From: a virus
Lineage: Duplodnaviria; Caudoviricetes
Strand: one strand, 5' to 3'
Length of the DNA stretch: 59,020 nt
IMG/VR virus record: IMGVR_UViG_3300034094_000170
Coordinates: 1-59,020 of that record
The notes beneath the pieces were generated by a model. The model did not search any database. It saw only the letters and a program-made list of their open reading frames with translations, and was not told where the DNA came from. How positions within the stretch are numbered: the first letter of the stretch is position 1; each line of letters opens with the position of its first letter. A program made the translations under genes and the position numbers. Of the stretch, positions 33,301 through 39,246 are shown in pieces.

Positions 33301-35834
33301 GCTCTACGTTGTTTTACAGAAGGTTTTTTTATACTTTCTTTTTTAGTATTTAATTCTTTTATTTTAGGTTCTAATCTTTCAGCTATTAATGGTATATGAC
33401 TGTAAGCTTTACTTATTCCGTCTATATAATCGACAAATACTTCAATATCATTTTGTATATCAAGAACACTACCTTTTCCCGATTTTTCATATAGATTTAT
33501 TTTTTGATATAATTCTTTATATGTAGAATTTATACCAACTATAACCTCTCTAAGTTCACTACCTGTTTTTATATCAAGTTTTTCAGACTTAAGTTTTTCT
33601 ATTACAGGTGCTAATTTTTCACCTATTAATGGTATATCAGCATAAGCCCTAGAAATAGTTTTAATATATTCAACAAAATCATCAACATCTTTTTGTAAAT
33701 CGGTGATACTACCTTCACCAACTTTTTTATATAAAACTATTTTTTTATTTAGATTATTATAGGAAACGTTTATACTTTCAAGTAGTTTTTTTAAGTCGTC
33801 ATTGGTCTTAACTTTAGGCGGTGCTTTTTTGACTCTGTTTGCAATATCAAAAGTTTTTCTAATATCCTCCATTACTGGTGCATCTTCAAAATAATTTCCT
33901 ATTGAATGTGCTTTTTTAACGTCTGTTTCAGCACCTTCACTCTCTACAATATTTTTAGCACCTTTTCTCAATGGCCCCATAACTTTACCTATGGGGTCTT
34001 TTTTAGACATATAGGATTTAAAACCTAAATTCTTTTTATGTTTTTGCAAATATCCAGTTTGCGGAGTTCCTATTGCTACAGTAGGAACTTTAACACCAAC
34101 TTTATCTAATACTTCCTGTCCCTGTTGAGCGACAAAACCGCCACCAGAATATCCAACAGTGCTAATAGGAACATTATATTTTTCTGCGTATGCTTTAGCC
34201 TGGGCAACATATTCCGCAGTTGTGGGGATAGAACCGTCAACTAATGTAGTTTTTAATATTTTTTTAAATAATACTTCATATATAGCTTTTGGTACGTTTT
34301 CAGCTATTGGTTGTGATATGTCATATAAATGATTACTAATAGGTACAACATAACTTTCTTGAAAACGTTGTTCAATTTCTCTAGCTAACTTTTCCCCACC
34401 TTTACCTTGATTTCCACTAAAACCACCAATAGCAAAAATGACGTTATCTTTACCTAATTCATCAGGTAATCCTTTTTTTATTTCTTCAGCACGTTTTTCA
34501 ATTTCTTCAGTTAATTGTTGTAAAATTCTTTCTGTTCGTTTGTTTATATTTTTTGCAGGGACATCATATAAACCAACTAAAGACTTTTTTATTCTTGCAA
34601 CAGCCCTAGCATTAGATTTTTTATTTTGTCTTATAGGTAATCTGAGAGTCTTAACGGCTCTACCTAATTCCTGAGCATCAGGTTTAAATGTTTCAGGATT
34701 AAAAACCTCTTTGACGGCGGGGATTACTTGCTCTTTAACATATTTTACTTTAGCTGCACGTCTTTTTCTACCATTTCTGATTTTAGCCCCCGCATTATGT
34801 ACAGCAGTACCACTTTCTTCATCTTCTTCACCCTCAACAGGTTCACTCCCATATACTCTATTTCTAACTTTGGTTACAAATTTGCTTGTTTTTTGTGCAA
34901 TTTTTTCAAACTGTACCGCAATATCATCAAGTTTTTTATTTAATTTTTCATCTAAATCAAACCTTTCTATTATTTTATCGGCAAGAGCATTACCAAATCT
35001 TTCACCAAAACCAGAAAATACAGCACCAGCAAAAGACATTGTTAAATCACCAACAAATTTACCAATACCTTTTAAAGCATTAGTAAAAATATTACCAGCA
35101 CTTTTTTTCTGCAATTGATATAATTCGTTTGTATTTCTAACAACTAATTCTAAACTTTTTTCTATTCGTAAATTTACATTTAATATGTTATTTAATATTG
35201 ATTTATTACTATCTTTAGTTTTAGAACTACCGGAAGATAATCCAACCCGTGTTTCAACAGTAGGAGGAGGTGCAGATTGTCTATAATTAGAACTTACATT
35301 TTGAGTTACTGTTTTGGTTTTTATCGTGAAAGTTTCTTTTTCTAATTGTGTTCTTATTTTTTTTATCGCATTTCTTGATAAAACAGGCGTAACCGTTATT
35401 TCATTGGGAACACTTCTGTAATCAACTTTTTTTATTCTTAAAACAACATCTTTATTTATTGGTTTATTACCAGCTTTTTCTAATGCTTTTAATTTTCTTT
35501 CAGCATCAGAAGTATCAATATTTAACTTTGTATTTATTCTTATTTCTTTTTTTAAATCTTTTTCTATTTTTCTTTTTTCTTTATCTTCAATTTTTTCAGC
35601 TTTTATTTTTAATTTAGCTTCAATTTTTAAATCTTTTGATAATTTTCTTTTTATAGAAGATAATTCTCTCTCATAACTTTTTTCAGAAAAAGATACAGGT
35701 ACAGTGACACCTTTTTTATAATCCGATAAATCAATATCAGGTTTTAAATTTATATTTTTAAGTTTTTTTAACTGGTCATCTAAATCGTTAGTGTTAAGCC
35801 TTACATTTATTTCTACTGTTCCTAATGATGTCAT
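15327..35834 (-). CDS. Giant tape-measure-like protein (6835 aa) with 4 alpha/beta-hydrolase and 6 HExxH peptidase modules
   Basis: N-terminus [15 protein letters not shown]; tape-measure motif [30 protein letters not shown] near 20490; coiled-coil C-terminus; follows the tail chaperone genes. Confidence 0.85.
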   Translation of the reverse strand: [6835 protein letters not shown]

Positions 35835-35838
35835 ATCT

Positions 35839-36030
35839 TTAATCCTCTATTTTTTTATCTTTTTTGTCATCTACATCATCGACACTATCAACAATATATT
35901 TATTTAATAAATAAACAGGAAACAATAAGACATTAAAGAAAAAAATCATGCAATTGATTTTCCATTCAGCTACACCTTTTAAATCATCATAGGCAGAACC
36001 ATCATAATCATCGGGTTTATCAGATGACAT
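35839..36030 (-). CDS. Small protein with one hydrophobic segment
   Basis: MIFFFNVLLFPVYLL flanked by acidic residues. Confidence 0.45.
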   Translation of the reverse strand: MSSDKPDDYDGSAYDDLKGVAEWKINCMIFFFNVLLFPVYLLNKYIVDSVDDVDDKKDKKIED

Positions 36031-36391
36031 TTTTTAACTCCATTTCAAAAGTTTTTTGTATATCTAATTCATCAACAGCGTCAACCATCCAAGGCCTACC
36101 AGGTTGCATAGTATCATCTTTTTTTGTATAACCTTCGTGAACTAACAAAGCGTAATCAACGTTATATGAAATTACAGTAAGATAAGGGTTTACTGGTTCA
36201 GAATGTTGGGATTTAAGCAAATCACGGCTATCAACAATGTCACGACCTGGGGGAAAAGGTGGACTATAACCACCCTCTCTTTCAATGATTTCAGTCATTT
36301 TATCACAAAGTTTTTCGCACGTTTTTTCAAAAGCCTTAATTAGTTTGGCTTTTGTTGCACCAGTTCCGTTAACAAAGTAAACCCTATTCAT
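36020..36391 (-). CDS. HK97 gp10-like neck/tail completion protein
   Basis: IVDSRDLLKS...NVDYALLVHEG...PGRPWM pattern. Confidence 0.65.
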   Translation of the reverse strand: MNRVYFVNGTGATKAKLIKAFEKTCEKLCDKMTEIIEREGGYSPPFPPGRDIVDSRDLLKSQHSEPVNPYLTVISYNVDYALLVHEGYTKKDDTMQPGRPWMVDAVDELDIQKTFEMELKNVI

Positions 36392-36393
36392 GA

Positions 36394-36852
36394 TTAGACC
36401 TCTACAGGTTGTTTGGTTGAACTTTTTTTGTTAGCCTGAACATCAGCTAAAACTGGAGAAACATTAATCACTTCTGACCGTGTAAAGTTAGCATAATTAC
36501 CCAAGGGGAATTTGATAACGTCAGCATCAGCACCCAACTCACTGATAAAATGGTTATATAACGCTTTCAGCATCGGTGCGCCAATCAAACTACCATCTTC
36601 AAGTCTTAATAATTTATCGTGGCTAGTATTTAAAGGTAATTTAAAACGTGAAATTAAAAGCATCACAACAATATCACGCTCAACCGTATGTAAACGATTA
36701 TCTTCACTAGCGTTGATAATGAGTTTCATCGCTTCAGAATATTCACTAGCATCAACATAACCTTTTGAGGGGATATCAATACTACAACCGTAACCATCGT
36801 GAATAGATACTACATTTGTTTCTTCTGCGCTTTTTTTGAAATTTAATAACAT
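36394..36852 (-). CDS. Paralog of the tail assembly chaperone
   Basis: LNFKK..DGYGCSIDI..G.V...SRF...MLKALY aligns with LSFKK..DGLGTSIEI..G.V...CRF...MIDVLY of 37303-37854. Confidence 0.55.
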   Translation of the reverse strand: MLLNFKKSAEETNVVSIHDGYGCSIDIPSKGYVDASEYSEAMKLIINASEDNRLHTVERDIVVMLLISRFKLPLNTSHDKLLRLEDGSLIGAPMLKALYNHFISELGADADVIKFPLGNYANFTRSEVINVSPVLADVQANKKSSTKQPVEV

Positions 36853-36895
36853 GGGTCAATTTTGTTTTATAGTACGTCTAATTTCATTATCAACA

Positions 36896-37321
36896 TCACA
36901 AACCAGCATTTTTAATTAATTCAATTTCATCGTTGGTTATTGCACTCATAACCCAATTAGGAATAGCGTTGACTTTATATAACTCCAAAAATGTCCTAGC
37001 GGCATCTTCAGATACATATTCTTTAGCTTTACGAATATCTAAAATCTTTTGATATGGGTTAAACCAATCCTCTTGTGCCGACTTTGCTCCCTGTGTTGTA
37101 AGCATTGCTACGCCAGCTTTAGCAATAGGTATGGCTAATAAATTTGCTTGTTCTATATTATTTTCCTCAATTGCACTTAACGCTTCTTCGATAACATACA
37201 TTGGACAATAACCAAAATTATATTCACTGAATCTATCCTCTGTTGGATAATTTAATTTTAGTTTCCAATATATACTATCCCAATCAGTTTCTTGATTTAA
37301 TTTTAATAGATTGCTAGACCG
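36896..37321 (-). CDS. Tail assembly chaperone, -1 frameshifted (T) extension
   Basis: The -1 frame is open from A-AAA-AAC (37327-37321) through RSSNLLKLNQETDWDSIYW... into the track ORF 36896-37201. Confidence 0.75.
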   Translation of the reverse strand, partial: RSSNLLKLNQETDWDSIYWKLKLNYPTEDRFSEYNFGYCPMYVIEEALSAIEENNIEQANLLAIPIAKAGVAMLTTQGAKSAQEDWFNPYQKILDIRKAKEYVSEDAARTFLELYKVNAIPNWVMSAITNDEIELIKNAGL

Positions 37322-37854
37322 TTTTTTTTACTATTGTTGGTAACAACATTGCTATAATCAAAAACCACCTCAAAACTCTCTGGCACTACATCCAAAGATT
37401 TAAAAATATAATAAGAATTATTTATTTTTAAATCCTCTCTTGTGGCGACAACATAATGATTTTCTTGTGCATATTTTTTAGCACAATCAAGAGATTCTAT
37501 GCTACCTTCAATACGACAAATATTTGAACTAGGCAACCATCTTGCACGTTCATTTTCCATGAATGTGTACAAAACATCAATCATTGCTTGAGAACCAGCT
37601 TCGACTGCTAATTTTTGTGGGGTTAGACTTTCATCTTCAAATCTACAACTTAAAAAAGCGGCAAGTGCTTCTAATTTTAATTTAGCAAAACTATCTTTTG
37701 ATTGTTGAATATCTGACCAAACCTTTGTGATTGCCAATTCTTCAAATACAGTCACACAACCAAGTTTTGTTATCTCTATGGATGTACCTAAACCATCTTC
37801 TAATACTGAAACTTCCTCAGTTTTATCTCTTTTTTTAAATGATAACTTTTTCAT
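37303..37854 (-). CDS. Tail assembly chaperone (G)
   Basis: Lies between tail tube and tape measure; likely start MKKLSF at 37854; slippery heptamer near the 3' end. Confidence 0.75.
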   Translation of the reverse strand: MKKLSFKKRDKTEEVSVLEDGLGTSIEITKLGCVTVFEELAITKVWSDIQQSKDSFAKLKLEALAAFLSCRFEDESLTPQKLAVEAGSQAMIDVLYTFMENERARWLPSSNICRIEGSIESLDCAKKYAQENHYVVATREDLKINNSYYIFKSLDVVPESFEVVFDYSNVVTNNSKKNGLAIY

Positions 37855-38062
37855 AGGATAAAGATATGTCAAAGAATAAGTTAAAGCCTTCTGGAACCAC
37901 AAAAGAAAACCGTTCATTAGTGTCGGGATTTAAAACATTAACAGGATTTTTTTGTTCACCGTTAGTAACAAGAATACCTACGGTTATTGTTTTATCTTTT
38001 TCATTTTCTAAACAATGACAACAAAAACATCCTTTTGTTTGCAACCTTTGATGTAGTTTCAC
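37835..38062 (-). CDS. Small hypothetical protein
   Basis: 75 aa, Cys cluster CFCCHC, fills the gap in the operon. Confidence 0.35.
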   Translation of the reverse strand: MKLHQRLQTKGCFCCHCLENEKDKTITVGILVTNGEQKNPVNVLNPDTNERFSFVVPEGFNLFFDISLSYEKVII

Positions 38063-38134
38063 TCAAATAAAAAAAAATAACAATTCAAGCTATTTAACAA
38101 TAAACAACTTGAATTATTATAACATAAAATCAGA

Positions 38135-38800
38135 CTATGCTAAAACAGGTTCAAGTTCGTCTACATATCCACTAAATTTAATAGAAATGTCACCAGAAAT
38201 AAAACCGTCAGCAGGGTTGGATGATGGGCGGTCAGAAACGTAACCTTGACCTAAAATAATTTCACCTCTAGTAAATCCACGAGGAGGTTCATATTCAAGC
38301 ATCACCCATAACGGTTCTTTTAATTCGGCTTGCTGTTTACAAATCTTATAGCCTGGATTAAAAAAGTTGTAAAAACCTTGCAATGAAATATCCTTAGAAG
38401 TAACAGTTGCAGTGATAGTTTCGTTCCCACCAGTGTTAAACGTTTGAGTTCCTTGGTTGCTGTAAGAACGGTTCATGTCAGCGTTGCTTCTGTCAAAGAT
38501 TTCAGACGGGAATTTGCCCGTAGCACCCGTTGGAGGGTCGGCTGTAATCCAATCGACTACAGGTACACCACCAGCAACACTTCCAGTTGTGACCTTGCCG
38601 ATATATTCCAACCCGTCAGCATCTTCAACCATAACAAAGTTGCCAACAGGAACGTCAATAGAAACGGCTGTCAACGCTCCTGAAGCACCTGTAGTAATCG
38701 TTACAACAGTCGTACTGGGTTTTTTGTCACTTACCATAATTCGCACTGTAGCGACATAACCCTTATTAGGTTGGTGGGCAATCTTTGGAATCGTACCCAT
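38135..38800 (-). CDS. Major tail tube protein
   Basis: 221 aa; C-terminal GQGYVSD...ADGFISGDISIKFSG fits siphophage tube proteins; position upstream of the chaperones. Confidence 0.7.
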   Translation of the reverse strand: MGTIPKIAHQPNKGYVATVRIMVSDKKPSTTVVTITTGASGALTAVSIDVPVGNFVMVEDADGLEYIGKVTTGSVAGGVPVVDWITADPPTGATGKFPSEIFDRSNADMNRSYSNQGTQTFNTGGNETITATVTSKDISLQGFYNFFNPGYKICKQQAELKEPLWVMLEYEPPRGFTRGEIILGQGYVSDRPSSNPADGFISGDISIKFSGYVDELEPVLA

Positions 38801-38823
38801 AAAATTTTAACCTCAAAATTAAT

Positions 38824-39246
38824 TTAATTTCGCCATCTAATAACACTAGGAGACACTAAATAAATAACCCTTGATTCAATCGTTTCTAAATCCCAATTAG
38901 GGAGTACAGCAGGGCCAATCCTTTTTATATCCCAATAAGGTAGGATTTTAGAAACAATCAAGTCGGTTGCAGTATTTGTGTCTCGACTGCTATCCCACTG
39001 ATTTAGTATCAGCTTAATTTCTTCCAAAATTAATACAGAACCTAAATACTTTTCAGTTTCTATATTAGACTCTGGTATTATCACCACTTCTAAACCTTCT
39101 TGTTTAGTACCAGGTTCAGGGTATGGTGTTGGTTGTTTAATAGATATAGAAGGTATTTTAAAATTGTTGGGCAATGTGTAAACTCCTAATTCACTGCCCA
39201 ATATATCAACGATTAATTTTTTTAAATTGTCATAATTCCTAATCAT
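38824..39246 (-). CDS. Tail terminator/completion-like protein
   Basis: 140 aa, directly upstream of the tail tube gene. Confidence 0.5.
   Translation of the reverse strand: MIRNYDNLKKLIVDILGSELGVYTLPNNFKIPSISIKQPTPYPEPGTKQEGLEVVIIPESNIETEKYLGSVLILEEIKLILNQWDSSRDTNTATDLIVSKILPYWDIKRIGPAVLPNWDLETIESRVIYLVSPSVIRWRN

Noticed and set aside
15391-35118. Many plus-strand ORFs (62-228 aa) inside the giant gene
   Set aside because: Antisense shadows rich in Ser/Phe/Leu, expected opposite a Lys/Glu-rich gene; no motifs.
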